64,000 nucleotides of DNA from assembly GCA_965213625.1 (NCBI GenBank), contig CBDBZU010000004.1:4000001-4064000 (forward strand), read 5' to 3'. The notes below the pieces were generated by a model. The model searched no databases, was not told where the DNA came from, and saw only the letters and a list, made by a program, of their open reading frames with translations. Shown in pieces: positions 36,764 through 45,736 of this stretch (the first letter of the stretch is position 1; each line of letters begins with the position of its first letter). Source of the stretch: a bacterium (GTDB lineage Bacteria > UBA8248). Made by a program: the position numbers and the translations under genes.

Positions 36764-37828
36764 ATGACTGCCTTTCAACACGAACCGGCTCAGCGTGAAA
36801 TAGTCCACCAGTTAATCGACTGGAAGCGAGTTAAGAGTCGCTGTGAGTACTATCCAGCGATTGGGCGGACATTTCCAATAGAAATGCTAAAAGAACACAG
36901 CGATAATCCTCCATACTATTGCCATTATATGTCTTGGCGTCTCGGAACCTGGGAGGATGAATCTCAATTTGAACGCTTGGATGAATTGCTTTGTTGCGCC
37001 GAAGCTCTCCCTTGCTGGGAGCTTGAGAAAAGATCGTTGGTGGGTTCAGCAGATTTTGCCGAGTTTTGGTCGCTGATTTGGCAACTTCAAGTCGCAGAGC
37101 ATCTCTGCCAGGTCGGAACGGATGTGTGCTGGGCTGCATCTGGCCCAGACTTGTCTGTAAAGGTAGGTGACGAACAATGGTACGTGGAATGTTACACGCC
37201 CCGCAAATCTTTTGTATTGCTAAATTTCTTTGAAGAGCTTCTCCAAAAATACAATTCGGACATCCATGTCTATTACGACCTGTGTTTACCATTTCAACTA
37301 CCAAGGGACTCCGATCGGGAGCCATTTCTTCATGAAGTGATAAGCCGAGCTTGTGATCCTAATAACCTAGCCAAGGCAAAGGCTAAAGCAAAGCAAGAGT
37401 ATCCCGTGCCTCTGTATAAACACTCGGAAAGTTCATTATATGTATATATGGTGGGTAATAACCCCGAAGCATATACGCCTAGAACCGCCCCCAATCAGAC
37501 CGGCAATCCTAAGTTCTACATTGAGCAAGCTTTGAAAGAAGCAATCAATGCGAAGAAAGACTCGAATGCCTTGGCAGAGCATCGTCCTAATTTACTCGCG
37601 GTTAATTTCCTGCTCAGTACTGATTGGCAGTTAGCAGAGATGTTGCCGGTGCGGTTGAAATGTTTGGCCCTTCCCAAGATTGACCCCAACATAGACGCAC
37701 TTGCAGTTTCCGCAGTCGGGATTGACGAGCGATTGGACAAGGAAAAACTTAAGGTAAGGGTTCGGTCTAAACAAGTTGAGGATAGCTCCTTGAACCGAAT
37801 TGCAAGCTATCCCCACACAACCGAATAG
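36764..37828 (+). CDS. Hypothetical protein, possible PD-(D/E)xK nuclease-like fold
   Basis: 354-aa ORF, visibly more AT-rich than its flanks; ELQ-like helix (WQLQVAEHL) then GPDLSVKVGDEQWYVECY. Confidence 0.6.
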   Translation: MTAFQHEPAQREIVHQLIDWKRVKSRCEYYPAIGRTFPIEMLKEHSDNPPYYCHYMSWRLGTWEDESQFERLDELLCCAEALPCWELEKRSLVGSADFAEFWSLIWQLQVAEHLCQVGTDVCWAASGPDLSVKVGDEQWYVECYTPRKSFVLLNFFEELLQKYNSDIHVYYDLCLPFQLPRDSDREPFLHEVISRACDPNNLAKAKAKAKQEYPVPLYKHSESSLYVYMVGNNPEAYTPRTAPNQTGNPKFYIEQALKEAINAKKDSNALAEHRPNLLAVNFLLSTDWQLAEMLPVRLKCLALPKIDPNIDALAVSAVGIDERLDKEKLKVRVRSKQVEDSSLNRIASYPHTTE

Positions 37829-37950
37829 GGTTTATCTGTTAAGTGAGGAAAAAGACCCGCCACTTCTGCACATCCCCCTCCCCCTTGCGTATATCGCCCC
37901 GTTCGTTTTTAATGGGGCGATATCTTTTTCAACCCATTTCTGGAGCGATT

Positions 37951-38595
37951 ATGCGAGAAGCGGATGAATTCGACAGGCCGCCGGGCCCGCTGTTCGGGCT
38001 TTGGAGCGCGTTTTATATCGACAAGTGGCAGTTCATCAAGCGAAACCTCATGGGAGCCCGAAAAGAGCGTAAACAGGCGTTCCGCGACACCCTGAAGCCG
38101 GGCGACCCGATGCCGGACGTGCGCTTAAAGACCTCAGACGACGCCTCGTTCGACCTCTCCGATTTCAAGGGCAAGAAGAACATCGTCATCGAGTTCGGGG
38201 CCATCACGTGACCCCCCTATCGCCGGCAGGTGGCCGGCGTCGAGGATTTGCAGGATAAGTACAAGGATGAGGACGTGGTCTTCTTCGTCGTCTACTCCAA
38301 GGAACCCCACGCGGGGGAGACGCGCCATTTCAAGAAGTACGCGCAGCACGAGACGTATGAGCACAAGAAACAGTACGCGCAGGAGATGGTGACGGAATTC
38401 GGGATGAAGGTGCCCGTGCTCATCGACGACCTGGACGAGAGCGTCGTGCACGCCTTCGGGCGCATGCCGAACATGACGTTTATCGTGGATAAGGAAGGCA
38501 AGATCGCCTACAAATCCGACTGGATGGAGGCTCCGCGCATCGAGGAGTTGCTCGACAAATTGCTGGCCGAGCAGACGGAGACGGCGACCGCCTAG
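37951..38595 (+). CDS. Deiodinase-like (Trx/Prx-fold) selenoprotein, UGA=Sec at 38209-38211
   Basis: Track ORFs 37843..38211 and 38230..38595 are in frame across one TGA, giving FGAIT-U-PPY (cf. deiodinase FGSCT-U-PPF). Also VYSKEPHAGE and LIDDLD...FGRMPN; SECIS hairpin follows. Confidence 0.88.
38221..38239 (+). promoter_or_regulatory. Bacterial SECIS element
   Basis: CGCCGGC-AGGTG-GCCGGCG perfect 7-bp stem. The loop begins 16 nt after the UGA and has G among its first two positions. Confidence 0.78.
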
Positions 38596-38701
38596 ACGTG
38601 AGCCTAAGGTTACGCCCCGCAAGCGGGGGCGAGCAAAACGATACAAGGATATACGGGCGGCCCATGCGGCGGGTCGCCCTTTTCCGTACGCATCGCGAAG
38701 G

Positions 38702-39811
38702 ATGAGAAACTTGACCTCCACCGAATACGCATGGTTTCTGCCGACGGGAAGATACGGCGACGGGCACACCATCAACGCCAAAACGCCCGAGCGTCCCCCG
38801 ACGGTGGAGTATATCTCTGAAGTCGCGCGCGCGGCGGAAGAGGCGAGCTTCGTGAACCTCCTCGTGCCGACGGGAACGCATTGTCTGGACGCCTGGATGA
38901 TCACCCTGGCCGTGGCGCAGCGTACCGGACGAATCAAGTTCTGCGTGGCCTTCCGCCCCGGGCTTTCGAGTCCCGTGCTCACCGCCCAGCAGGCGAACAC
39001 GTATGACGCCGTAACGGGCGGGCGGCTCACGGTGAACGTGGTGACGGGCTCGACGCCGGTGGATCAGAGGCGCTACGGCGATCACCTCGACCACGCGGAG
39101 CGCTACGCGCGGACGGAAGAGTTCCTGGACGTCGTGAAGGCGCTCTGGACGAGCGATGAGCCGGTGAGCTATTCGGGCAAGTATTACCAGGTCGAGAACG
39201 CCACGCTGTACGCCGAGCCCGTCTCGAAGCCCCATCCCACGATTTTCCTGGGCGGCAGTTCCGAAGCGGGCCGCCGCGTGGGCACCAAGCACGCCGACGT
39301 GCACATGATGTGGGCGGTAGCGCCGGAGCAAGTCGCCGAGGACGCCGCGGACATGCGACGCCGCGCGGAGGAAGTCGGGCGCGACGACCTTCGCTTCGGC
39401 TTGCGCCTCCACGTGATGTGCCGTGAGACCCAGAAAGAAGCCCGACGCGCCGCGGAGGCGCTTTTAGAGGACAGCGCGCTCGAGAACACGCGGATGTGGG
39501 CCGACCAGCGAAACTTATCCGAGAGCGAAGGACAGCGCCGCATGAACGAGTTGTATGAGGGCGGCTCCCCCTGGCTCACAGATACCCTCTGGATGGGCGT
39601 GAACAAGGTGCGCTCGGGCGCGGCGGCCATGCTGGTCGGCACGCCGGACATGCTGGCCGCGGCGCTCAAGGAATACGTGGACCTTGGCGTCCGCAACTTC
39701 ATCCTCTCGGGCTGGCCGCATCTCGAGGAAGCCGAGATATTCGGGCGCGAGGTGATGCCGCTCCTGGCGGACACGAACCCTGCGCGGCTCGACTCGCAAC
39801 CGGTCGCCTAG
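38702..39811 (+). CDS. LLM class flavin-dependent monooxygenase (SsuD-like)
   Basis: WFLPT, DAW, VAFRPG, GGRLTVNVVTG, GGSSEAG, FILSGWPHLEEA. Confidence 0.92.
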   Translation: MRNLTSTEYAWFLPTGRYGDGHTINAKTPERPPTVEYISEVARAAEEASFVNLLVPTGTHCLDAWMITLAVAQRTGRIKFCVAFRPGLSSPVLTAQQANTYDAVTGGRLTVNVVTGSTPVDQRRYGDHLDHAERYARTEEFLDVVKALWTSDEPVSYSGKYYQVENATLYAEPVSKPHPTIFLGGSSEAGRRVGTKHADVHMMWAVAPEQVAEDAADMRRRAEEVGRDDLRFGLRLHVMCRETQKEARRAAEALLEDSALENTRMWADQRNLSESEGQRRMNELYEGGSPWLTDTLWMGVNKVRSGAAAMLVGTPDMLAAALKEYVDLGVRNFILSGWPHLEEAEIFGREVMPLLADTNPARLDSQPVA

Positions 39812-39852
39812 AGCAAAGCGAACCCTCCCCTCTCACGACATAAGGACAAAAG

Positions 39853-40542
39853 ATGAACTACCGCGTCTTCGACACCTCTGAAATCGACCACTCGCAGATT
39901 TACCGGCTCCTCATCGGCTCGGTCGTTCCCCGGCCCATCGCCTGGGTGAGCACGATGAGTGCGGACGGCGTCGCGAACCTTGCGCCCTTCAGCTTCTTCA
40001 CCATGGTGTCGCACCAGCCGCCGATGGCGTCGATTTCCGTCGGCGAGCGCGAGAACAAGCCGAAGGACACCGCGCGCAACATTCTTGACACCAAGGGCTA
40101 CGTGATCCACACGGTGGTGAACGGCTGGGAGGAGGCGATGAACGTATGCGCGGGCAACTTCGCCCCCGATGAGAGCGAGTTCGAGGCGGCGGGTCTCGAC
40201 ATGGTCCCCGCAGACCTGGTGGACGCGCCCCGCATCAAGGACGCGCCGGTGGCGATGGAGTGCCGCCTCGAGCGCATGATTCCCTTTGGGGACGAGTGGG
40301 TGACGCACCTCGTCATCGGAGAGGTGCTGCGCTGGCACGTGCGCGAGGATTTGATACTGACCGACGAGGAGAAGATATACATCGACCCCGCGAAGCTCCA
40401 GCCCGTGGGCAGGCTGGGCGGCCCCCGGTACTGCCGCACGCAGGACATCTTCGAGATGCAGGCCCCCTACATCCAGCCCGACAGGGTGCACCCCAACGAC
40501 CCCGCGCAGAACGACGTCCAGCCGGTGAAAAAGGGTTCCTGA
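39853..40542 (+). CDS. Flavin reductase family protein (flavoredoxin-like)
   Basis: VVPRPIAWVST, NLAPFSFF, KDTARNI, MECRL, VGRLGG. Confidence 0.92.
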   Translation: MNYRVFDTSEIDHSQIYRLLIGSVVPRPIAWVSTMSADGVANLAPFSFFTMVSHQPPMASISVGERENKPKDTARNILDTKGYVIHTVVNGWEEAMNVCAGNFAPDESEFEAAGLDMVPADLVDAPRIKDAPVAMECRLERMIPFGDEWVTHLVIGEVLRWHVREDLILTDEEKIYIDPAKLQPVGRLGGPRYCRTQDIFEMQAPYIQPDRVHPNDPAQNDVQPVKKGS

Positions 40543-40560
40543 GCGCGTAGCGGCGGATAA

Positions 40561-40740
40561 GGGGTTGTTGAAAAAGTTCCTCCAGGGAGGGTCATCGAAT
40601 AGTTCACCGTAGGGACAGGCCTCCGTGCCTGTCCTGACGAAGGACAACCACGGAGGGTTGTCCCTACAAATCCATCGCGCCCACCCGCACCGCATGAACT
40701 TTCATGCCACCGCTCCCGAAACAGACTTTTTCAACCACCC
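40561..40740. mobile_element. Short TIR element (MITE-like) with a different GTAG REP doublet
   Basis: GGGGTTGTTGAAAAAGT ... ACTTTTTCAACCACCC. Internal GTAG-GGACAGGCCTCCGTGCCTGTCC ... GGACAACCACGGAGGGTTGTCC-CTAC (40609-40667). Confidence 0.7.
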
Positions 40741-40841
40741 AGAGAACCGCCCCCTTGCGTGGTGGTTTCGCGCCCTAGTATCATCTCGCGGAATCTGAAG
40801 GGAAAACATCCCCCGCTTTGCGTAATCACGAGGAGAGGAAG

Positions 40842-41309
40842 ATGAAAAAAACCATTCTGGCGGCCATGGTTTTCGGACTTTGCCTGACCCTGGGCGCAGG
40901 GGTGAAGAAGGCCCGCGCGATGGATGACGCGGTTTCGAAGCACATGATCGCAGAGGCGACACTGACGGCGCACTTCATCGCCGCGGCCATAAAGGCGGGC
41001 ATGAGCAAAAAAGAGATTAACGCCGTCCTCGCCAAGGTGGCGAAGGAGTCCGTGATCTCGGAGTTCTGGATCAGCGACGATAAGGGCAAAATCGAGTTCA
41101 CCAACATTCCGGGAACAAGCTTCAAGTTCCCCACAGACCCAAAGGCCAAGTCGCAGGCGGCGCCGTTCGCCGCGATTCTGAGCGGCGCGAAGAAGGTGGT
41201 CGTCCAGGGCTTTCAGCCGCGCGTACTGGACGGCAAGTCCTTCAAGTACGTGGGCGTCGCGGGGGTGGACAAGACCCGCATTGTGCAAGTCGGCGTGGCG
41301 GGGAAGTAA
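40842..41309 (+). CDS. Secreted stand-alone sensor-like (Cache/PDC-like) domain protein
   Basis: Signal peptide MKKTILAAMVFG...ARA; EFWISDDKG...FKYVGVAGVDKTRIVQVG pattern; strong RBS. Confidence 0.7.
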   Translation: MKKTILAAMVFGLCLTLGAGVKKARAMDDAVSKHMIAEATLTAHFIAAAIKAGMSKKEINAVLAKVAKESVISEFWISDDKGKIEFTNIPGTSFKFPTDPKAKSQAAPFAAILSGAKKVVVQGFQPRVLDGKSFKYVGVAGVDKTRIVQVGVAGK

Positions 41310-41323
41310 TAGCGGCGCTGAAC

Positions 41324-41471
41324 GGGGGTGTTGGTAAAGCCCTGGTATATTGATTCAGAACATATATCCGAACGTCGAGAGAGTAAGAACCCTCCAGGGA
41401 GAGTCATTTCATAAGCGTATGGCGATTGAGAAACCCATTCTCTGTTTTCGGGAGACTTCTTCAACACTCCC
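41324..41471. mobile_element. Degenerate third TIR element of the same family
   Basis: GGGGGTGTTGGTAAAG ... CTTCTTCAACACTCCC; no REP doublet inside. Confidence 0.5.
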
Positions 41472-41497
41472 GAATCCACCGCCAGAAAGAGCAATGA

Positions 41498-42160
41498 ATG
41501 ATGAACGAGTTGAACGACGAACTTATCAAACAGATGGCGGCGGAAGCCCTCGACGTCGCGAGTGTCGATGGCGACCCCATCGCGCAATTCCGCCGCTGGT
41601 ACGCGCAGGCCCGAAACGCAGGCATCCCCCGCGAGGACGCGATGACGCTCGCCACGCTGGGGCCGAACGGCGCGCCCGCAGCCCGCATCGTCCTCTACAA
41701 GGACCTCGCGGACCTCGGCTACGCGGAGGCGGATTTCCCCTTCTTCACGAATTACGAGAGCGATAAGGCCGAACAGCTAGCGCGCGACGCAAGGGCCGCC
41801 CTCGTCTTCCACTGGAAGCCCCCCGCCCGGCAGGTGCGCGCTGAGGGCGTGGTGGAAAAACTCCCCGAGAATATCTCCGACGCCTATTTCGCCACCCGCC
41901 CGCGCGGCAGCCAGATAGGCGCGTGGGCCTCGCCCCAAAGCCGCGTGGTGCCCTCCCGCGCCTCTTTGGAAGAGCAGGAACGCGCGCTGGAAGCCGAGTA
42001 CGCGGGCCGCGACGTGCCGCGTCCTCCCCACTGGGGCGGCTACGTCCTGAAACCGCACTGCATTGAATTCTGGCAGCACCGCGACAGCCGCCTCCACGAC
42101 CGCGTGCGCTACACGCTGGAGCCGGGCGGAGCGTGGCGTATCGAGAGATTGGGGCCGTAG
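41498..42160 (+). CDS. pdxH: Pyridoxamine 5'-phosphate oxidase
   Basis: AMTLAT, FFTNYESDK, RQVRAEG, SQIGAWASPQS, IEFWQ...RLHDR, WRIERL. Confidence 0.96.
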   Translation: MMNELNDELIKQMAAEALDVASVDGDPIAQFRRWYAQARNAGIPREDAMTLATLGPNGAPAARIVLYKDLADLGYAEADFPFFTNYESDKAEQLARDARAALVFHWKPPARQVRAEGVVEKLPENISDAYFATRPRGSQIGAWASPQSRVVPSRASLEEQERALEAEYAGRDVPRPPHWGGYVLKPHCIEFWQHRDSRLHDRVRYTLEPGGAWRIERLGP

Positions 42161-42230
42161 TGCCAAAAAGCCTCTAAAGGTTCCGTCCTTTGAATTGAAG
42201 AAAGAAAAATCCTTCCAAAACAAATAATAA

Positions 42231-42258
42231 TTGCAACCTGTGTGGTTATAGGTTACAA
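42231..42258. promoter_or_regulatory. Probable HigA operator overlapping promoter
   Basis: Imperfect inverted repeat TTGCAACCTGT-n6-ATAGGTTACAA directly upstream of higB. Confidence 0.6.
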
Positions 42259-42265
42259 TCCAATC

Positions 42266-42544
42266 ATGATTATCCACTTTCGCCACAAAGGGCTTCAGCT
42301 ACTATACGAGAGGGGGAATCGGCGGCGGGTCCCATCAGCGTATGTCGACAAGATCGAGCGGATTCTAGCTCGTCTTGACCGAGCGGCAATACCAGCGCAC
42401 ATGAACTTGCCGGGTTATCGGTTGCATCCCTTAAGAGGAGAACTCGCCGGGTTCTGGGCGGTAAGAGTCTCTCGAAACTGGAGGATCGTGTTTCGCTACG
42501 AGGGCGAACACGCAACTGATGTGGATTTAACAGATTATCACTAA
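42266..42544 (+). CDS. higB: HigB toxin (RelE/ParE superfamily)
   Basis: [32 protein letters not shown]. Confidence 0.93.
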   Translation: MIIHFRHKGLQLLYERGNRRRVPSAYVDKIERILARLDRAAIPAHMNLPGYRLHPLRGELAGFWAVRVSRNWRIVFRYEGEHATDVDLTDYH

Positions 42545-42558
42545 AGGAGAACCAAAAT

Positions 42559-42843
42559 ATGCCTATGAAAAAACCACCCCATCCGGGTCTTTCCGTTCGC
42601 CATGACTGCCTGGAGCCGCTGGGCCTGAGCGTCACGGAAGCTGCGCAGAAGCTCGGCGTAAGCCGCAAACAGCTATCGAGTCTCATCAACTGCCGTTCGG
42701 GCATCTCGCCCGAGATGGCAATCCGCCTGGATAAAGCTTTCGGAGGTGGAGCCGAGGTGTGGTATCGCCTCCAGACGGATTATGAATTTGCCCAAGCGAT
42801 GCAGCGCGCGGATGAGATTAAGGTCGAGCGGGTGGTGGCGTAG
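42559..42843 (+). CDS. higA: HigA antitoxin
   Basis: [37 protein letters not shown]. Confidence 0.94.
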   Translation: MPMKKPPHPGLSVRHDCLEPLGLSVTEAAQKLGVSRKQLSSLINCRSGISPEMAIRLDKAFGGGAEVWYRLQTDYEFAQAMQRADEIKVERVVA

Positions 42844-42847
42844 CCCC

Positions 42848-43564
42848 TCACACCTTAATCCCCTGAATCCCCCAGGAGGTGTCCTTCGCCGTCACGAAGA
42901 CGTAGTCCTCATCGCCCAGGATTGCGACCGAGTGGACGACGTCGGCCGGCATGTGGACGATATCGCCCGCGGTGACGGTTTCGGTCTCGCTGCCGATGGT
43001 CGCGCGCGCGGAACCCGACAGGACGATGGCGAACTGCTCGTTGGGGTGAGAATGCGGCTCGGCAATACCGCCCGGCGGGATGCGCATCTTCCCGAAAATG
43101 ATGCGCTCGCCCGTCACCCACGCGCCCTCGGTCGGGCTGTATGCCTCCCCCGCCAGGCCTTTTTCCATCGCCTCGGTGTCGTAGAAATAGGGGACGTGCT
43201 CTCCGGTTTTTTTCATCTCCGTGGGCGTGCCCTCGATGGTGGTGGCGGTGTCTTTCGCCACGATGAACTCGTAGTCCACCTCGCCCAGCACCTCGGCCGC
43301 GTGCACGGCGTTCGCGGGCCGGTAGGCGATGTGGCCAGGCGTCAGGACCCGCTCGTCGCCCTCGATGTTCAGGCGGGTGCTGCCGGCCAGGCAGTAGCCG
43401 AACTGCTCGTTCGCGTGGGCATGGGCACTCGAGCGCGTGCCGGCGGGCATGCGCATCTTGCCGAAAATGAGCCGCTCGCCCGTGACCCATGCGCCCGCCG
43501 CCGAGCTGTAGGCCGCACCCGCCAGGTTCTTTTCCATCTCGTCCGTCTTGTAGAAATACGTCAT
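42848..43564 (-). CDS. Tandem (bi-)cupin protein
   Basis: Two similar repeats YFY..EMEK.LAG.AYS...GAWVTGER.IFGKMR with H-x-H-x-N-E-Q and P.....H metal motifs. Confidence 0.88.
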   Translation of the reverse strand: MTYFYKTDEMEKNLAGAAYSSAAGAWVTGERLIFGKMRMPAGTRSSAHAHANEQFGYCLAGSTRLNIEGDERVLTPGHIAYRPANAVHAAEVLGEVDYEFIVAKDTATTIEGTPTEMKKTGEHVPYFYDTEAMEKGLAGEAYSPTEGAWVTGERIIFGKMRIPPGGIAEPHSHPNEQFAIVLSGSARATIGSETETVTAGDIVHMPADVVHSVAILGDEDYVFVTAKDTSWGIQGIKV

Positions 43565-43778
43565 CGCCTTTGGTCCTTTCCCTTGAATGAGCATCCGCCG
43601 CTCGGGCGGGTGTGGTTTTCCGATAACTGCGTCGGTTGCGTACATCGCAGAGATCGAATATCGCCCATCGGCGCGCCACGGGCAAGTTCGGGTGGGATTG
43701 GAGGGGCGATCACGAACGCCCCTTACCTTGGAATTCGCCAACCGTGTGAAGTATATTGCCGCGCATGGTCCAAAGGTT

Positions 43779-43857
43779 CCTCCCCGACGATAAGGACCCC
43801 AGGGGTCCTCTCCATCTTCCCGTGATGGAAGGAGGAGTAGTCGGGGAGGTCGTTTTT
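43779..43857 (+). ncRNA. Candidate structured leader/antitoxin RNA upstream of HEPN-1
   Basis: Promoter TTGGAA-18-TATATT (43728-43757). CCTCCCCGAC/GTCGGGGAGG closing stem encloses two hairpins, followed by GTTTTT. Confidence 0.5.
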
Positions 43858-43892
43858 CTGCAATTCGACGTTATCCAACTAGAAAAGGACTC

Positions 43893-44588
43893 ATGGCGAT
43901 GACCCGAACCAGCGAGCAGATTCCCCAATGCGAGCACAACGAGGACAATAAACACCGTATTGATAGGGCTCATAGTTGGCTAAGGAAGAGTGAAGGAGCC
44001 AAGTACGACGAAGAGAAATTCATTTGCCTTTGGATCGCGTTCAACGCGGCCTACGGCGTTGAAGGGACTGACGCGAATGAAGTTGAAACAGCGAAGTTCA
44101 AAGACTTTTTAAGGAAGATTCGAAAATACGACAAGCAGAACGATATAGGAGAAAGTTTCTTAGATTTAGATGAGGGTTCAGAGAAAAAACCAATCCGGAA
44201 CTTACTGACAAACCGACATGTATACAAACAGTTTTGGAAATGCGTACGAGACAAGCAAGAGGATAACTGGAGCGAACATTTTGTCCGAGAAAATAATGTT
44301 GCATTGCGCGCCTTGGATAGAAAATTGACGAGTAATAATGAGGTAGACAAAGTATTCAACATAGTTTTCGAGCGTCTATATCAATTACGCAACCAAGTTT
44401 TCCATGGTGGCGTGACTTGCGACAAAAACGGATGGGGATGGATTCAACTAAAAGATGGGGGTCGCATCATGGCTAAAATCGTTCCGGTGATCCTCAAGAT
44501 CATGGACGCAAATCCCGGGGCCGATTGGGGAAAAGTCGCTTACCCCCGGATCGGCAACAAACCATGGACCGGCGACAGTCCGTCATAG
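43893..44588 (+). CDS. HEPN domain RNase (Apea-like), copy 1
   Basis: RAHSWL, FICLWIAFNAAYG, RLYQLRNQVFHGG (RxxxxH), WGKVAYP; AT-rich. Confidence 0.88.
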   Translation: MAMTRTSEQIPQCEHNEDNKHRIDRAHSWLRKSEGAKYDEEKFICLWIAFNAAYGVEGTDANEVETAKFKDFLRKIRKYDKQNDIGESFLDLDEGSEKKPIRNLLTNRHVYKQFWKCVRDKQEDNWSEHFVRENNVALRALDRKLTSNNEVDKVFNIVFERLYQLRNQVFHGGVTCDKNGWGWIQLKDGGRIMAKIVPVILKIMDANPGADWGKVAYPRIGNKPWTGDSPS

Positions 44589-44629
44589 AAGCAATTGGTT
44601 GTCTCGAAGGTGGGAACTTCCATTACCGC

Positions 44630-45001
44630 CTATATCAAATCGTCCACCGTGACGCCCAGCGCCCCGGCGATGGCGGCGAGCGTTCTCGCAGACCCCGTGC
44701 GCCTGCCCGTCTCGATTTGGGAGAGGTAGACCGGATGAATACCTGCTGCGGCGGCCAGACCGCCCTGCGTCATGCCGCGATGGTCCCGGTACACGCGGAT
44801 CGGGTTTTCACCGGCCAGAAGGCGGTCCGCGACCCCGGCGGGAAAGGACTCGCCTCCCTCCGCCTTGGCGCGATCATAAAGCGCCTCATCGCTCAGAGAC
44901 GCCTCGGCGTCTTCGCCCGAGAGACGCTCATAATCACGCCACGGGATGACGGCGAATGCGGGCCGGCCGCCCTCGTCCAGAATGACTTGCGTCTTGCTCA
45001 T
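44630..45001 (-). CDS. XRE-family HTH antitoxin
   Basis: MSKTQVILDEGGRPAFAVIPWRDYERL...ENPIRVYRDHRGMTQGGLAAAAGIHPVYLSQIETG; GGAG RBS. Confidence 0.88.
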   Translation of the reverse strand: MSKTQVILDEGGRPAFAVIPWRDYERLSGEDAEASLSDEALYDRAKAEGGESFPAGVADRLLAGENPIRVYRDHRGMTQGGLAAAAGIHPVYLSQIETGRRTGSARTLAAIAGALGVTVDDLI

Positions 45002-45012
45002 GGCTTCTCCTA

Positions 45013-45270
45013 TCACTTGTAAACCTGACCACGCGGAGCGATGCGCAGCACATCTATGACGCGGGCGTCGTCGTCTCGCTCGAAAATGATCCGCATCTCG
45101 CCGACGCACAACCTGCAACCGGGACGCCCCCTCAATACGGTTACATCCAGACCCTGCCTGTCGGGATTCTCCGCCAACTCGTCCAACCGGCGGCGAATCC
45201 GTCGGACCTGCAGGGAAGGCATTTTGCGCAGGGCCTTGATGACTTGCCCATTGAACGTCAGCTTGTACAT
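45013..45270 (-). CDS. RelE/ParE family toxin
   Basis: KALRKMP...LAENP...LRGRPGCRLCVGEMRIIF...IAPRGQVYK; GGAGG RBS. Confidence 0.88.
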   Translation of the reverse strand: MYKLTFNGQVIKALRKMPSLQVRRIRRRLDELAENPDRQGLDVTVLRGRPGCRLCVGEMRIIFERDDDARVIDVLRIAPRGQVYK

Positions 45271-45296
45271 TGCGCCTCCGCACCACAAGGAATATA

Positions 45297-45329
45297 GCAT
45301 TTAGCTTTTATTTGAACAAGCTAATTGCT
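45297..45329. promoter_or_regulatory. Probable operator of the RelE/XRE pair
   Basis: Imperfect inverted repeat AGCATTTTAGCTT...AAGCTAATTGCT in the AT-rich upstream region. Confidence 0.45.
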
Positions 45330-45450
45330 TAATTTGATAAGTTCGCCTCGTGGAGCGAAAAGAAAGCGCCTCATCGCTGACGCGCACATTGGAGACACCG
45401 ACTTTCGCTCAACTACGCAGATCAGACAAGTAGGGGTCGATCACGGACCA

Positions 45451-45469
45451 GGAGCGTTCATGAGCGCTC
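45451..45469 (+). repeat. 19-bp near-palindromic direct repeat, copy 1
   Basis: GGAGCGTTCATGAGCGCTC, identical to 46408-46426. Confidence 0.8.
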
Positions 45470-45630
45470 ACCGAGCGAGGCTCCGCCCCGGCCCCTCATG
45501 AACAAGGGAAAACCGACCTTGTGACGTGAAATGAACGGTTTTAAGGAAAATCAATAATCCTGCGGGAATGGTTGCATTCCAAATTGGAAGAACCTATAAA
45601 AAATCAAGGACCCAACTCTCAACAGAAAAC

Positions 45631-45698
45631 GAAGACCCCTCCCCGAGCGGGAAACCTCATACAGGGTTTTGCGTCGGGGGAGTCTCGGAGTGCGTTTT
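45631..45698 (+). ncRNA. Candidate structured leader/antitoxin RNA upstream of HEPN-2
   Basis: Promoter TTGCAT-17-TATAAA (45572-45600). CCTCCCCGA...GAAACCT/AGGGTTTT...GTCGGGGGAG stem, then GTTTT. Confidence 0.5.
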
Positions 45699-45736
45699 CA
45701 GCGTCCTGCGCCGTCAGGACGGCCAGGGGGTTGGTG

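Noticed and set aside
37843-38595. Two separate small ORFs or a nonsense pseudogene
   Set aside because: Better explained as one selenoprotein: the TGA is at the catalytic position and a SECIS hairpin follows.
44630-45286. 218-aa ORF suggesting a toxin-antitoxin fusion
   Set aside because: The upstream part is an alternative frame over the RelE gene; the antitoxin has its own RBS and ATG at 45001.
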